Shown piece by piece: positions 9,143-19,405 of a stretch of DNA of 61,695 nucleotides. The first letter of the stretch is position 1. Each line of letters starts with the position of its first letter. This DNA comes from Puniceicoccales bacterium. GTDB taxonomy: Bacteria > Verrucomicrobiota > Verrucomicrobiia > Opitutales > JAIRLM01. The notes beneath the pieces are model-generated. The model saw only the letters and a list, made by a program, of their open reading frames with translations. It searched no databases and was not told the origin of the DNA. The stretch spans positions 1-61,695 of the forward strand of contig JAITDG010000028.1 in assembly GCA_031282685.1 (NCBI GenBank), in the 5' to 3' direction. The position numbers and the translations under genes are program-made.

Positions 9143-10081
9143 CTAATTGGCTAGGAGCCAGCGCTCTGCGGCGATGGCGGCGCGGGCACCGGTGCCGGCC
9201 GCGACGACGGCTTGCCGGTAGAGCGGATCGGCGCAGTCGCCGGCCAGAAAAATCCCCGCCACGGAACTCTCCACCGGGTCGATTCCGCTGCCCGACAGGT
9301 AGCCGTGGCTATCTCGCTCCAGGACTTCGGCGGCAAAGGCGGAGTTGGGGCGGTGGCCCACGGACACGAAGAGCGCCGCGCAGGGCAGCCGGTGAATTTC
9401 CTGTGTCTCTAAATTTTGCAGCTCTACCGCGCACATGCGCTCGCCATCCCCGTCCACGGCGGTCACAGTCCGATTCCAGAGCGGTTCAATTTTTTTGCAG
9501 GATAGTACCCTGTCCGCCATGATCTTAGACGCCCGCAGCCGGTCTCTCCGGTGGATCAGGTAGACCTTTTCGCAAATCTGGGCCAGGAATAGGGCCTCTT
9601 CGGCGGCGCTGTCCCCGCCGCCGACCACCGCAACGACTTTGCCCCGGTAGAAGGGCCCGTCGCAGGTGGCGCAAAAACTTACACCGCCGCCGGCACCGTA
9701 TTCCCGTTCGCCGGGGACGGCCAGGGGAATGGGGGCAGATCCGGTGGCCAGCACTAGCGCCCGGCAGCGGTAGGATTTCTCTTTGCCCCGTAAAGTTTTA
9801 TGCCCATCGTGGACGGCGAGCGCCTCGACCCGATCCCCGGCAAATTCCGCACCAAAGCGCTCCGCCTGCCGCCGCATGCGTTCCACCAGCTCGTAGCCGC
9901 CGATGCCCTCCGGAAATCCGGGATAGTTCTCCACCGTAGAAGTTTGCGTCAGTTGCCCGCCCGGACAGTCCCCCTCAATCACCAGCGGCTCCAGCCCCGC
10001 CCGCGCTAGATAGAGAGCCGCCGTCAGTCCGGCGCAACCGCTGCCCACCACGATGACCCGCCGCTCGTCCATGTCCCCCAT
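9143..10081 (-). CDS. trxB: Thioredoxin-disulfide reductase
   Basis: VIVVGSGCAGLTAALY (FAD GxGxxG), redox-active CATCDG and VVGGGDSAAEEA (NADPH site). The start is placed at ATG 10081 (MGDMDERRV..., 312 aa). The longer ORF to 10456 is antisense to the divergent pseudouridine synthase gene. Confidence 0.9.
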   Translation of the reverse strand: MGDMDERRVIVVGSGCAGLTAALYLARAGLEPLVIEGDCPGGQLTQTSTVENYPGFPEGIGGYELVERMRRQAERFGAEFAGDRVEALAVHDGHKTLRGKEKSYRCRALVLATGSAPIPLAVPGEREYGAGGGVSFCATCDGPFYRGKVVAVVGGGDSAAEEALFLAQICEKVYLIHRRDRLRASKIMADRVLSCKKIEPLWNRTVTAVDGDGERMCAVELQNLETQEIHRLPCAALFVSVGHRPNSAFAAEVLERDSHGYLSGSGIDPVESSVAGIFLAGDCADPLYRQAVVAAGTGARAAIAAERWLLAN

Positions 10082-10153
10082 CCCAAAGGCCAGGCTGGAC
10101 CGAACGCAAGGGAAAAGCTTGCCAGGGGGCCACCGCCCCACTCCCTCCGACGG

Positions 10154-10927
10154 ATGGCGGACGGACAATCCATGCGGCTCCAGCGCTACCTCTCCCTCTG
10201 CGGAGTCTGCTCCCGCCGGCGGGCAGAGGAAGCAATTCTTCTCGGCGAGGTACTTGTGGACGGTCAGCGGGCAATTCCGGGCACATCCATCCGGCCCGGC
10301 GAAAGCACCGTCACCTTCCGCGGCGAGGAAATTTGCCCGCCCAAGAAGAAGATACCGACCGTTTTCGCGCTTCACAAGCCCCGCGGCTACCTCTGTACTC
10401 ACGGGGACCCGCACCACGACGGCGGGGGGACAATCTACGCCCTTCTGCCCCTCCACAAGCAGCGCAAGCTCATTTGCTGCGGACGCTTAGACAAGGACAG
10501 CGAGGGGCTCGTGCTGCTGACGGACGACGGCTCGTTGGCATTTACCCTGTCGCACCCATCGGCAGGGATTGAAAAACTTTACCGAGTGACGATCGATAAA
10601 CCGCTAGAAGAGAAGCACAAAAAAACGCTTTCGGCCGGCATCGGGGACGGCGGCGAATGGCTCACCCTCCACTCCCTGCGAGTCCTCCCGGGCGGCGGGC
10701 GGCGGCTGGCCATCGTGCTCCACGCCGGCAAGAAGCGGCACATCCGGCGCATGCTTGCCGCGCTGGGCTACGAAGTCCGCCAGCTGATCCGCTACCGCAT
10801 CGGATCCTTCGAGCTGGGCACTCTCCCGGCCGGCCGCTACCGCCGGCTCACTGAGGCGCAGGTGGCTGCCCTCCGGAAAAATACGCCCACTTCGGACCGC
10901 TTGACGGACTCCCTGGGGGGCCCATAG
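10154..10927 (+). CDS. Pseudouridine synthase, RsuA/RluB/RluE/RluF family, with S4 domain
   Basis: S4-like N-terminus MRLQRYLSLCGVCSRRRAEEAILLGEVLVDG and catalytic GRLDKDSEGLVLLTDDG. The real start may be the MRLQRY Met at 10172. Confidence 0.85.
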   Translation: MADGQSMRLQRYLSLCGVCSRRRAEEAILLGEVLVDGQRAIPGTSIRPGESTVTFRGEEICPPKKKIPTVFALHKPRGYLCTHGDPHHDGGGTIYALLPLHKQRKLICCGRLDKDSEGLVLLTDDGSLAFTLSHPSAGIEKLYRVTIDKPLEEKHKKTLSAGIGDGGEWLTLHSLRVLPGGGRRLAIVLHAGKKRHIRRMLAALGYEVRQLIRYRIGSFELGTLPAGRYRRLTEAQVAALRKNTPTSDRLTDSLGGP

Positions 10928-11691
10928 TGCGGCCGATGGCAGCCACCCTAGCCCTGCGAAACTTGTCCCTGTGCCACGGCGAACGTGTTCTCGTAAAAGA
11001 TATTAGCCTCGACCTCGCCGGGGGGGAGGTCCGGGTGCTCATGGGGCCCAACGGCGCGGGGAAGAGCTCCCTACTCAAGGCCATCGCCGGCCACCCGGAC
11101 TACCGGCCGTCGGCGGGCCAAATTCTACTGGACGGCGTCGACATCAAGGAATTGCCGCCAGAGGAGCGCTCCCGTCGGGGCATTTTCCTGGCCTTCCAAC
11201 ATCCCGTCGATCTGCCGGGGGTCAGCATCGGACAGCTCCTCAAAAGTGCCCGCCAGGCGCGGCTGGGACCGGACGAAACGCTCGACGTGGTAGCATTTTA
11301 CCGCGAACTCTACGGGGCGCTGGAGAGCCTCTCCGTGGACCGATCCTGGGCAAACCGCTCCGCCAACGACGGCTTCTCCGGCGGGGAACGGAAGCGCTGC
11401 GAACTGCTGCAGATCTTGCTGCTAAAACCGTTTTTTATCCTTCTCGATGAAATAGATAGCGGACTTGACGTGGACGGTACGGCCCTCGTAGCGAATGTCC
11501 TCTGCCGGCTGCGGGAGGCGGGCACGGGAATCCTGCTTGTCACACACAGTCGGAGACTTTTGGATGCGTTGACCCCCGACGGCGTGTCCGTGCTGCGGGA
11601 CGGCCGGCTGGTCCGCTCCGGCGGCGCCGAGCTGGCGGCCGAGGTGGAGCGGGACGGGTTTTTGGCAATCGCGGGAGAGCGGAATGGATGA
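10927..11691 (+). CDS. sufC: Fe-S cluster assembly ATPase SufC
   Basis: Walker [13 protein letters not shown] signature FSGGERKR, Walker [12 protein letters not shown]. It lies directly upstream of sufB. The GTG start overlaps the preceding stop by 1 nt; an alternative ATG is at 10936. Confidence 0.9.
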   Translation: MRPMAATLALRNLSLCHGERVLVKDISLDLAGGEVRVLMGPNGAGKSSLLKAIAGHPDYRPSAGQILLDGVDIKELPPEERSRRGIFLAFQHPVDLPGVSIGQLLKSARQARLGPDETLDVVAFYRELYGALESLSVDRSWANRSANDGFSGGERKRCELLQILLLKPFFILLDEIDSGLDVDGTALVANVLCRLREAGTGILLVTHSRRLLDALTPDGVSVLRDGRLVRSGGAELAAEVERDGFLAIAGERNG

Positions 11692-13084
11692 GGGCGATCA
11701 AGACGGTAATTTCTTCTACCGCACTGACTACGCCTACGACGCCGGCCGCGGACTCAGCGAACGTACGGTCCGCCACATTTCCAAACTGAAGGGAGAGCCG
11801 GACTGGCTACTCTCCTTCCGCCTCAAGTCCCTAGAGATCTTTCAAAAACTGTCCATGCCGGACTGGGCTCCCCTGGCGAAGGGGGATTTGGACTATGGGA
11901 GCATTCGCTACTATCTTGCACAAGAGCAACTTCCGCGCCGCAACTGGGAGGAAGTGCCGGAGGACGTAAAGCGGACCTTCGACCGGCTCGGCGTGCCGGA
12001 GAAGGAGAAAAAATTTCTCGCCGGCGTGGAGGCCCAGTTCGACAGCGAAATGGCCTATGCTAATTTACGAGAAGATCTTACAAAGCAGGGGGTTCTGTTC
12101 GTAAGCTCGTCGGAGGGGCTGCGGGACCACGAAAAAATCTTCCGCCCCCACTTCGGCACACTGGTCCCCTCCGGCGACAACCCCTTCGCAGCCCTCAATG
12201 GGGCGGCCTTCAGCGGCGGGAGCTTCATCTATGTCCCTCCCGGAGTAAAAGTTGCCCAGCCGCTCCAGGCCTATTTTCGCATCAACGCGGAGCAGTTTGG
12301 CCAGTTCGAACGCACGCTGATTGTGGTGGGGGAAGGCGCGGAAGTGACCTATTTGGAGGGCTGTACTGCACCGTCCTTCGAAACGGCGACCCTGCACGCG
12401 GCCGTGGTGGAACTGGTAGCGATGGCGGGGGCTAAGGTGCAATACGTTACCGTGCAAAACTGGTCCAACAGCGTGCGCAATTTGGTTACAAAGCGAGCTA
12501 AAGCCCTCGAAGGGGCAGAAATACGCTGGATTGACTGCAACATCGGATCCCGCATAACGATGAAGTACCCCGCCCTCCTCCTGGCCGGCGAGCGGGCCCG
12601 GGGCGAAGTGCTGTCCATCTCCGTCGCCCGCAGCGGACAGCGCCAGGACACGGGCGCGCGGGCGATCCACCTGGCCCCCCGCACCAGCTCCCAAATTATC
12701 GCTAAGTCACTCTCCATCGGGGACGGAACGGCAACCTATAGGGGGAAAATCGACGTGGCCCCCGGCGCCGACGGCTGCCGCAGCCACAGCCGCTGCGACG
12801 CGCTGCTTCTGGGCGAAAAGGCCATTTCCCAGACATTTCCCAAAATCCACTGCCGGGGCGGGAACTGCACCGTCGAACACGAAGCCTCCGTTTCTAAAAT
12901 CTCCGACGAACAGCTCTTCTATCTCCGTTCGAGGGGCTTGGACGAGCGCGGGGCACTGGGTTTGATGGTCAACGGATTTTTCAGCGACCTCATCCGCGAA
13001 TTCCCCATGGAGTACGGCGTTGAACTCAAGCGGCTGATCGAGATGGAGATGGACAACGTCCGAATCGGAGAAGGGACGCCATGA
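11684..13084 (+). CDS. sufB: Fe-S cluster assembly scaffold SufB
   Basis: 466 aa. Typical SufB N-terminus ([22 protein letters not shown]) and C-terminus ([25 protein letters not shown]). It overlaps sufC by 8 nt and sufD by 4 nt. Confidence 0.92.
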   Translation: MDEGDQDGNFFYRTDYAYDAGRGLSERTVRHISKLKGEPDWLLSFRLKSLEIFQKLSMPDWAPLAKGDLDYGSIRYYLAQEQLPRRNWEEVPEDVKRTFDRLGVPEKEKKFLAGVEAQFDSEMAYANLREDLTKQGVLFVSSSEGLRDHEKIFRPHFGTLVPSGDNPFAALNGAAFSGGSFIYVPPGVKVAQPLQAYFRINAEQFGQFERTLIVVGEGAEVTYLEGCTAPSFETATLHAAVVELVAMAGAKVQYVTVQNWSNSVRNLVTKRAKALEGAEIRWIDCNIGSRITMKYPALLLAGERARGEVLSISVARSGQRQDTGARAIHLAPRTSSQIIAKSLSIGDGTATYRGKIDVAPGADGCRSHSRCDALLLGEKAISQTFPKIHCRGGNCTVEHEASVSKISDEQLFYLRSRGLDERGALGLMVNGFFSDLIREFPMEYGVELKRLIEMEMDNVRIGEGTP

Positions 13085-13749
13085 GCGCCGTCGAAGTGCT
13101 CTCCGGTCCGCCCGACTGCCGGCTGGAGGAGGACAATTTGGGTCCCTTCTGCTGGGACGGCGGCCGGGCAGATTTCACACCCCTGCGGCTGTCGCTCGGC
13201 GCGGGCGCCCACTTCCGCTATTTTATCTATGTCCCTCCGGCGGAAGGAATTTTTCAGCGGGCCGTGGAAATTGATCTGTCCGGACCGGGCGCAGTGGTGG
13301 AGGTTTACGGACTGATCACCGGTTCCGCGGACCGGCCCATTTCGCTGGATATCTCTCTGCGGCACAGCGCATCGGACACTCACTCTCTCTGCAAACTGCA
13401 CTCCATCGGCGGGGAGCGGGCGGACCTGTCCCTCGTCGGCAGAGTAACCGTCCCCAATGGCGCCCTCCGCTGCTCTAGTACGTTGCAAAATAGAAATTTA
13501 CGCCTTTCTCCGACGGCTCAGCTGCGGGCCATTCCCATCCTGGACATTGGAGCGCCCGACGCCCGCTGTAGCCACGGCGTCACGGTCGGGGAACCGGATC
13601 GGCAGCAGCTCTTCTACATGCGCTCCAGGGGTTTGGAAGAAAGTCGGGCCATCAAATTGCTCCGGGACGCCTTTGCCGAAGAAATAGTCCGCCACTTTCC
13701 GAAAAATTTTCAAAAACTACTGCCGGAAGAAGAACTAGCCAAAGACTAG
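13081..13749 (+). CDS. sufD: SufD-like Fe-S assembly protein (short form, 222 aa)
   Basis: C-terminal [28 protein letters not shown] matches the SufB/SufD family signature, and it occupies the sufD position after sufB. It is much shorter than E. coli-type SufD. Confidence 0.7.
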   Translation: MSAVEVLSGPPDCRLEEDNLGPFCWDGGRADFTPLRLSLGAGAHFRYFIYVPPAEGIFQRAVEIDLSGPGAVVEVYGLITGSADRPISLDISLRHSASDTHSLCKLHSIGGERADLSLVGRVTVPNGALRCSSTLQNRNLRLSPTAQLRAIPILDIGAPDARCSHGVTVGEPDRQQLFYMRSRGLEESRAIKLLRDAFAEEIVRHFPKNFQKLLPEEELAKD

Positions 13750-14763
13750 GCAGAAATGCAGGGCAAGGCCGGCGCAGCAGCAGAGGAGCGAGGCGGCCAA
13801 AAAACGGCCCACCACACGGCTTTCCGGACAGCCGCCCAGTTCAAAGTGGTGGTGCAGGGGCGCCATGCGAAAAATGCGACGGCCGCCGGTCCGCTGGAAG
13901 TAGAAAACTTGGGCCATCACGGAAAGTGCCTCCGCCACAAAAACTCCGCCCATAACGGCCAGCAGGAAGGGCCGCCGAAGCAGGAAGGCGGCGGTGCCCA
14001 GGAGTCCGCCGATGGCCAGCGAGCCCCCATCCCCCATGAAAATGCGAGCCGGCTGGCAATTATGCCAAAAAAAAGCCAGCAGCGCTCCCGCCAGAGCCAG
14101 CAGAAGGACGGCCAGCTCCTCGGCGCCGGGGACCGGCGGAGCGTGCCGAATGTTCATGCAAACGGCGGCGAGGGAGCAGGCTACGGCGAGGGAGCAGCCG
14201 GCGGCGAGCCCGTCGGCCCCATCGGTGAGGTTCACGGCGTTGGCGCAGCCGGAGATAATCAGAAATGCAAAAATAAAAGCTAGAATCGTAGGGAGATGGC
14301 CGATCAACGGAGCGGAGCAGGCCGGGATCCAGATTTCGTGGACGGCCCCAAAGAGCTCCCGGTCCCAGAACCGGATGCCGGCCAGCAGGCTGAGCAAGAC
14401 AACGCCCTCCCAGAACAACTTTTTTCGACCGGCCAGGCCCCGGCTACTGCGGCGGAAAAATTTGCAAAGGTCGTCGGCAAGGCCGATGGCTCCAAAGACA
14501 CTAAACACGTACAGCGCAGCGATGGACAGCGAGTTTGGCCGCCCCCAGAGGAGGGTGGCCGAAACGGTGGCGAACCAGATGCAAACGCCGCCCATCGTCG
14601 GCGTATGTGCCTTTGTGCCATGGAGATCGGCCAAATCCCGCACCTCTTCCCTAGTGCGGAAGGACTGTTCCACGCGCAATGACAGCAGAAGGCGGATAAA
14701 AGGCGGCAGCAGCAGCATTCCCAGCAGAAAGGCCGTGAAAAAGGCAGCGAGTGGACGGGCCAC
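13735..14763 (-). CDS. mraY: Phospho-N-acetylmuramoyl-pentapeptide transferase
   Basis: Polytopic membrane protein with HTPTMGG, NAVNLTDGADGLA, MGDGGSLAIGG and APLHHHFE motifs. GTG start. Convergent 15-nt overlap with sufD. Confidence 0.9.
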   Translation of the reverse strand: MARPLAAFFTAFLLGMLLLPPFIRLLLSLRVEQSFRTREEVRDLADLHGTKAHTPTMGGVCIWFATVSATLLWGRPNSLSIAALYVFSVFGAIGLADDLCKFFRRSSRGLAGRKKLFWEGVVLLSLLAGIRFWDRELFGAVHEIWIPACSAPLIGHLPTILAFIFAFLIISGCANAVNLTDGADGLAAGCSLAVACSLAAVCMNIRHAPPVPGAEELAVLLLALAGALLAFFWHNCQPARIFMGDGGSLAIGGLLGTAAFLLRRPFLLAVMGGVFVAEALSVMAQVFYFQRTGGRRIFRMAPLHHHFELGGCPESRVVGRFLAASLLCCCAGLALHFCLVFG

Positions 14764-14787
14764 GAGAAGTCCCAGAATTGCAAATAT

Positions 14788-15342
14788 TTAGGTTTCTTCC
14801 CGCTCCGCGCCGGCCGAAGGGTCGGTCCCTTCGGCCAACCCCGCCGGCTCCCCGCCGGCGCCGCAAGCGGCGCCGGCGGGGGCCGGCGGGGGCCCCTCGG
14901 GATTCTCCACAGAGACGAATGGGCCACGGAAACCGCCGACGTGCATGTCGATGGCGTAGGCCCGCTCGATGCCGAACTGGGACCGCAGGCAATCGGCGGC
15001 GGATTTTTGGATCATTTTGGCGCAGGCACATACGTTCCGCCCCATCGGCATGCGGAGTGTCACGCGCACGTGGAGCTGACCGCGGCGCCGGCGAACCCGA
15101 ACCCAGGCCCGACCGTTCGGCACGACGTCCCGGCAGACGGCCCGCACCACCTCCTGCAGGGCGGACGGCGCCACGGACACGGTGCCCAATTCGCCGCTGT
15201 CCAGGCAGAGGTGGGCGCTGGCGCGGCGCCGGCAGCGGAAGATCCAAAGTAGGAAAAGGGCCAAGAGGGCGACGGTGCCCCAGAAGGCGGCGGGGTAGGC
15301 CCCGCAGGCAGTGCGCAAAAAATTTGCTATGTCATTGCCCAT
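14788..15342 (-). CDS. Membrane-anchored protein, AmaP-like (alkaline shock response membrane anchor) candidate
   Basis: ATG start. One N-terminal TM segment (AAFWGTVALLALFLLWIF), then an Asp23-like beta-rich core (VSVAPSALQEVVRAV ... LHVRVTLRM). It lies immediately downstream of an Asp23-family gene, the usual AmaP context. Confidence 0.45.
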   Translation of the reverse strand: MGNDIANFLRTACGAYPAAFWGTVALLALFLLWIFRCRRRASAHLCLDSGELGTVSVAPSALQEVVRAVCRDVVPNGRAWVRVRRRRGQLHVRVTLRMPMGRNVCACAKMIQKSAADCLRSQFGIERAYAIDMHVGGFRGPFVSVENPEGPPPAPAGAACGAGGEPAGLAEGTDPSAGAEREET

Positions 15343-15345
15343 GGC

Positions 15346-15771
15346 TCAGTTCTCCTCCTGTCCGGCGGAAGCGCCCTTGGAGCTGTCCCGCACCTTCACC
15401 CCGTCGATGGTCACGTCCACCTGCGCCACCTCCTTCTGGGTCATGAAAAAAATCTGGTTGGCCACGTTCCGCTGGATGCGGGCGGCCACCTCCGTCAGGG
15501 AAAAGCCGAAATAGAGTACTACCCGCACGCCAATGACATAGCGGCCGTTTTCGTCCTCCCGCACGGTGACGCCCCGCTCCGTGTCCCGGCGGGAGAAGAG
15601 CTCCGCGATGCCGCCGAGGAAACTGCCCCCCACGCTGGCCACGCCGTCCACTTCCTGCGTACTGATGCGGATGACGTTAGCGATTACGGAGTGGTTGATG
15701 CGCACTTCGCCGTCCACGCCTTCCTCTTCCTCCCGGCCCTCCGGCACTTTCTCCTCCATGCTCCCTTTCAC
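15346..15771 (-). CDS. Asp23/Gls24-family stress protein
   Basis: [23 protein letters not shown] ... [23 protein letters not shown] is typical of Asp23/Gls24. The GTG start overlaps the accC stop (GTGA); an alternative ATG is at 15759. Confidence 0.8.
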   Translation of the reverse strand: MKGSMEEKVPEGREEEEGVDGEVRINHSVIANVIRISTQEVDGVASVGGSFLGGIAELFSRRDTERGVTVREDENGRYVIGVRVVLYFGFSLTEVAARIQRNVANQIFFMTQKEVAQVDVTIDGVKVRDSSKGASAGQEEN

Positions 15772-17147
15772 CCTTCGTCCTCCAAAGAAATTCTATCCGG
15801 CGCCATGCGATTTGCAAACTCCTCGACGAACTTGGTCGTATAGGCCCCACTCCGGAAAATCGGGTCCCGCATGATGGCCCGCTGGTAGCCGGCCGTAGTG
15901 GGCATGCCCCGCAGGATGAAGCCGGACAGAGCCGTATCCATGCGACGGATGGCGCCGTCCCGGTCCGGCCCGCGGGCGATAATTTTCGCCAGCATGCTAT
16001 CGTATTGGGGTGGCACGTGATAGCCGCCATAGAGATGGGAATCCACCCGCACGCCGAAGCCGCCGGGGGCGCAGTAGAGGCCCACCTCGCCCGGCCGCGG
16101 GGCAAAATTCCGCTGGGGATCTTCCGCGTTAATGCGGCACTCGATGGCGTGCCCCCCGATGGCAATGTTCTCCTGTCGCAGGTCCAATTTCTCTCCGGCG
16201 GCGATGCGCAACTGCCAGCTCACCAAATCGATGCCCGTCACCTCCTCCGTCACTCCGTGCTCCACCTGGATGCGCGTATTCATCTCCATGAAGTAGAACT
16301 CGCCGCGGCCGTCCACGAGGAATTCCACGGTGCCGGCGCTCTCGTAGCCGCAAGCCCGGGCCAGTCGCACGGCCGCCGCACCCATCCGCTCCCGCAGGTC
16401 CGGGCCCAGGAAGGGCGAAGGTGCCTCCTCCACTAACTTCTGGTAGCGGCGCTGGATGGAGCAGTCCCGCTCGCCCAGATGCACCACGTTGCCGTGGCGG
16501 TCCGCGAGAATTTGAAACTCTATGTGGTGCGGCTCTTCGACAAATTTTTCGAAATAGATGCTGCCGTCGCCAAAATTTTTCTCCGCCTCCAGCCGGGCCA
16601 GGCTGAACTCCTTCGGGAACGCCGCCGCGCTGTGCACCAGCCGCATGCCCTTTCCGCCGCCCCCCAGCGCCGCCTTGAGGAGGACGGGGAAGCCCACCTC
16701 CTTCGCCCGCCGGAGTCCGGAAGCCTCGTCCGGAACGGCACCGTCGCTGCCCGGCACGGTCGGCACGGAGGCTCGCCGGGCTAACTCTTTAGCGGCCGTT
16801 TTGTTGCCCATTTGGCGGATTGTCTCCGGACTGGGACCGATGAAGGCCAAATTGCAAAAACGGCACTGCTCGGCGAAGCTGGCATTTTCGGAGAGAAAGC
16901 CATAGCCAGGATGGATGGCGTCCACGTTGCCCACCTCCGCCGCCGCCAGGATGCGGTCCGGCCGCAGGTAGCTCTCCGTCGCCGGCGGGCGGCCGATGCA
17001 GATGGCCTCGTCGGCCAAGTGCACGTGGAGGGACTCTTCGTCCGCCTCCGAGTAGACGGCCATGGTACGTATGCCCATTTCCCGGCAGGCACGGATGATG
17101 CGGACGGCGATCTCTCCCCGGTTGGCGATGAGTACTTTTTCGAACAT
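15768..17147 (-). CDS. accC: Acetyl-CoA carboxylase, biotin carboxylase subunit
   Basis: 459 aa starting [26 protein letters not shown], with ATP-grasp GGGGKGMR and [14 protein letters not shown]. Confidence 0.95.
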   Translation of the reverse strand: MFEKVLIANRGEIAVRIIRACREMGIRTMAVYSEADEESLHVHLADEAICIGRPPATESYLRPDRILAAAEVGNVDAIHPGYGFLSENASFAEQCRFCNLAFIGPSPETIRQMGNKTAAKELARRASVPTVPGSDGAVPDEASGLRRAKEVGFPVLLKAALGGGGKGMRLVHSAAAFPKEFSLARLEAEKNFGDGSIYFEKFVEEPHHIEFQILADRHGNVVHLGERDCSIQRRYQKLVEEAPSPFLGPDLRERMGAAAVRLARACGYESAGTVEFLVDGRGEFYFMEMNTRIQVEHGVTEEVTGIDLVSWQLRIAAGEKLDLRQENIAIGGHAIECRINAEDPQRNFAPRPGEVGLYCAPGGFGVRVDSHLYGGYHVPPQYDSMLAKIIARGPDRDGAIRRMDTALSGFILRGMPTTAGYQRAIMRDPIFRSGAYTTKFVEEFANRMAPDRISLEDEG

Positions 17148-17156
17148 CGCTCTATC

Positions 17157-17615
17157 CTACTTCTGCGGTGCAACTTTGAAGAGCGGCTGGCCAAATTCAA
17201 CGACCTGCCCGTCCCGAGCCAGCACCTCCACCAGAACGCCCTCCACGTCGGCCGGAATCTCGTTCATCACCTTCATGGCCTCAATGATGCACACGGTCGT
17301 GTCCACGGAAACGGCGCTGCCAATTTCCACGAAGGCCGGCTTCCCGGGCGAGGAGGAGCGGTAGAAGGAGCCGATCATGGGAGAGCAGATCGTCTGGAGG
17401 TCCACCTCCCGTCCCTCCGCCGGCCCCTGGGACAGTGCCGCCGGGGCAACGCAGACGGGGGAGGACAAGATCGTTTCGCCGCTCCCACGGCAGCGCCCCA
17501 GCCGCAGTCGACAGCCCGCCCGCTCCAGCTCCAGCTCGTCTAGCCCACATCGCTCCATCATCGCCGCCAATCGCTCGATTTCTTCTAGATCCAAAGGACG
17601 CTCTTCGGCAGCCAT
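17157..17615 (-). CDS. accB: Acetyl-CoA carboxylase biotin carboxyl carrier protein
   Basis: Biotinylation motif IIEAMKVMNEI. Directly upstream of accC. Start placed at ATG 17615 (MAAEERPLDLEEIERL, 152 aa). The ORF-track start at 17681 is a GTG. Confidence 0.85.
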   Translation of the reverse strand: MAAEERPLDLEEIERLAAMMERCGLDELELERAGCRLRLGRCRGSGETILSSPVCVAPAALSQGPAEGREVDLQTICSPMIGSFYRSSSPGKPAFVEIGSAVSVDTTVCIIEAMKVMNEIPADVEGVLVEVLARDGQVVEFGQPLFKVAPQK

Positions 17616-17722
17616 TGTCGGAACGATTGAAAATTTTTTTTCTCTGGCAACGTCCTTTTCGTCGCGCGAAACCCGGCCCACCGGCCAAACGGGCTTGCCT
17701 CTCGGACGCTATCCAACAACAT

Positions 17723-18811
17723 ATGACCATGGTGCACAGATTAAAGGCACTGCTCCCGCTGGCGTTTTGGTCGATCTCTGCTCTAGTTCACGCCGCCCCA
17801 AAGGTTTCCATCTGCATTCCCACCTATAGCGCGGAACCCTGGCTGCCGGCGGCCCTGGACAGCGCCTGTGGCCAGACCCTGGGGGACATCGAAATCGTCT
17901 GCGTCGACGACGGCTCCCGGGACGGCTCCCTCGCCATTTTAAAGTCCTACGCCGCAAAAGATCCGCGCATTCGCGTCCTCGAAAACGGGACCAATAGGGG
18001 GACGCACTACAGCCGCATACGTGCCATCCTCGCTGCGGAGGGTGAGTTCATTCTCTGGCTCGACTCCGACGATGAGCTTTTTCCGGATATCGCGGAGAAG
18101 GCTTTCGCCAAAGCGGAGGCGATGGGCGCGGACATCGTCCTCTACGGCGCGGAATTTTACGGGCGAATGGGGAAAAGAATTCAGTCCCCCTGGCATAGGA
18201 TGCGGCTGCCGGAAACGGAGGGCCGACTGGATAGCGATGGGCTGATCGACCAGGTAATCGAGGGAAATATCTCGCCGACCTGCTGGGACAAGCTCTGGCG
18301 CCGGGAATGTTAGCAAAAAATGGCCAAAGACCTCCGCCCCTTCTCGGAGAAAAATCACATCGTGAAGCACGAAGATAATCTCCTTTTCTGGTTCGCACTA
18401 AAGCAATGTCGCAGCTACACGGTCTCATCCCTGCTTGGCTACAAAACTATGCAACATCGGGGGCAGGCGGCGAAGAATATGAAAAACCCGGTCTTCCTGC
18501 GCCGGTGGGCACTGGATGCGGCCACTATTCAGCGAAAAATTCTTTCCTCCGAAGAAGATGCGGCGCGGCGCGCGCTGGCCCGAAAAATGTTAAAAGGGCA
18601 ATTCGAATGGGTGGTTTTATCCCTCATTGCATCCCTGCCGGAAGAGGACAAGCTTGCCGTGTTCACCGCCTACGTCTCCTCCGTTCCCGAGCCGATGCGG
18701 AAGGAAATTCTGTCCGCCATGGAACGCCGGGACCGGAAACTCGTCGCAGACTACGAAAAAGCGACAAAGACTGGCGGAGATCGACTAATCCTCCTCGAAG
18801 AGAACCTGTAG
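17723..18811 (+). pseudogene. Family-2 glycosyltransferase interrupted by a single in-frame TAG (18311-18313)
   Basis: N-terminal half (17723-18313) has VSICIPTYSAEPWLPAALDSACGQTLGDIEIVCVDDGSRDGS and WLDSDD (the GT2 DxD). ORF 18320-18811 is in the same frame and continues with KHEDNLLFWF, the usual GT2 ED..LF region. Reading through gives WDKLWRREC*QKMAKDLRPF. Confidence 0.6.
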
Positions 18812-19339
18812 AAATATTTTGCAGGCGGCGTAGCAGGCCCTTTCCCGGAGAATGTCGCGGCCGTTGGCGGTCAAATCAATGCGCTGGATGATCTCGCGCG
18901 TCGGCGTCCGGATGGCCAGCCAGAAGGCGCCGTCCCCCCGCGCGGGCCAGCCGGCGGGCGTACCGGCGACGGCGATGGAAAAATCACTGTCCAGGAGTTC
19001 CCGCACGCCGTTTGCCACGGCCAGGGCAACTTCCCGGCTGTGCGGCCCAAAATTTTCCAAAAAAACATCGGAAATTCCCAAAAGAGGCCAAAAGGACCTC
19101 TCTCCGCCGATCACTAGCCCGCCATCCAGGGCCCGATCCACGTCTGCCTCGCCGTGCCAGAGATTTGCGAGCATACCGCCGGTCAGCGCCTCGGCGAAGG
19201 CAACGGTCTGCCCCCGCCGCAGCAGTATGGCCACGCACATGGCGATAAGCGAAGCGACATTCTCCCCCGCACCACCTTGGAAGGTGTAGCGGGCGCCGTC
19301 CGGCGAACCGTCGATCGCCCGTATGCCGCTCCGATCCAT
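18785..19339 (-). CDS. CinA C-terminal domain / nicotinamide-nucleotide amidase (PncC-like)
   Basis: 184 aa with VAFAEALTGGMLA (the CinA ES.TGG motif) and SIAVAGTPAG. ATG start. Confidence 0.7.
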   Translation of the reverse strand: MDRSGIRAIDGSPDGARYTFQGGAGENVASLIAMCVAILLRRGQTVAFAEALTGGMLANLWHGEADVDRALDGGLVIGGERSFWPLLGISDVFLENFGPHSREVALAVANGVRELLDSDFSIAVAGTPAGWPARGDGAFWLAIRTPTREIIQRIDLTANGRDILRERACYAACKIFLQVLFEED

Positions 19340-19405
19340 TTCGCTCTTGACTTCATCGGCTACGGCCTTGACTGGTACCTGTCAAAGCGAAAGTTTTGTC
19401 TAGCG

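Noticed and set aside
10082-10456. 125-codon N-terminal extension of the trxB ORF.
   Set aside because: It is antisense to the 5' end of the divergent pseudouridine synthase gene. An ATG at 10081 gives a normal-length TrxB that starts just before the FAD GxGxxG motif.
14751-15446. 231-aa extremely Arg/Pro-rich plus-strand ORF, and a similar one at 14651-15247(-).
   Set aside because: The composition is implausible for a protein. They overlap the Asp23/AmaP-like genes and the mraY 5' end, and are a GC artefact.
19368-19396. Possible sigma70-type promoter for tmRNA (TTGACT, 17 nt, AAGTTT, then 9 nt to G19406).
   Set aside because: The geometry fits, but the -10 hexamer matches the consensus at only two positions, which is too weak to report as a feature.
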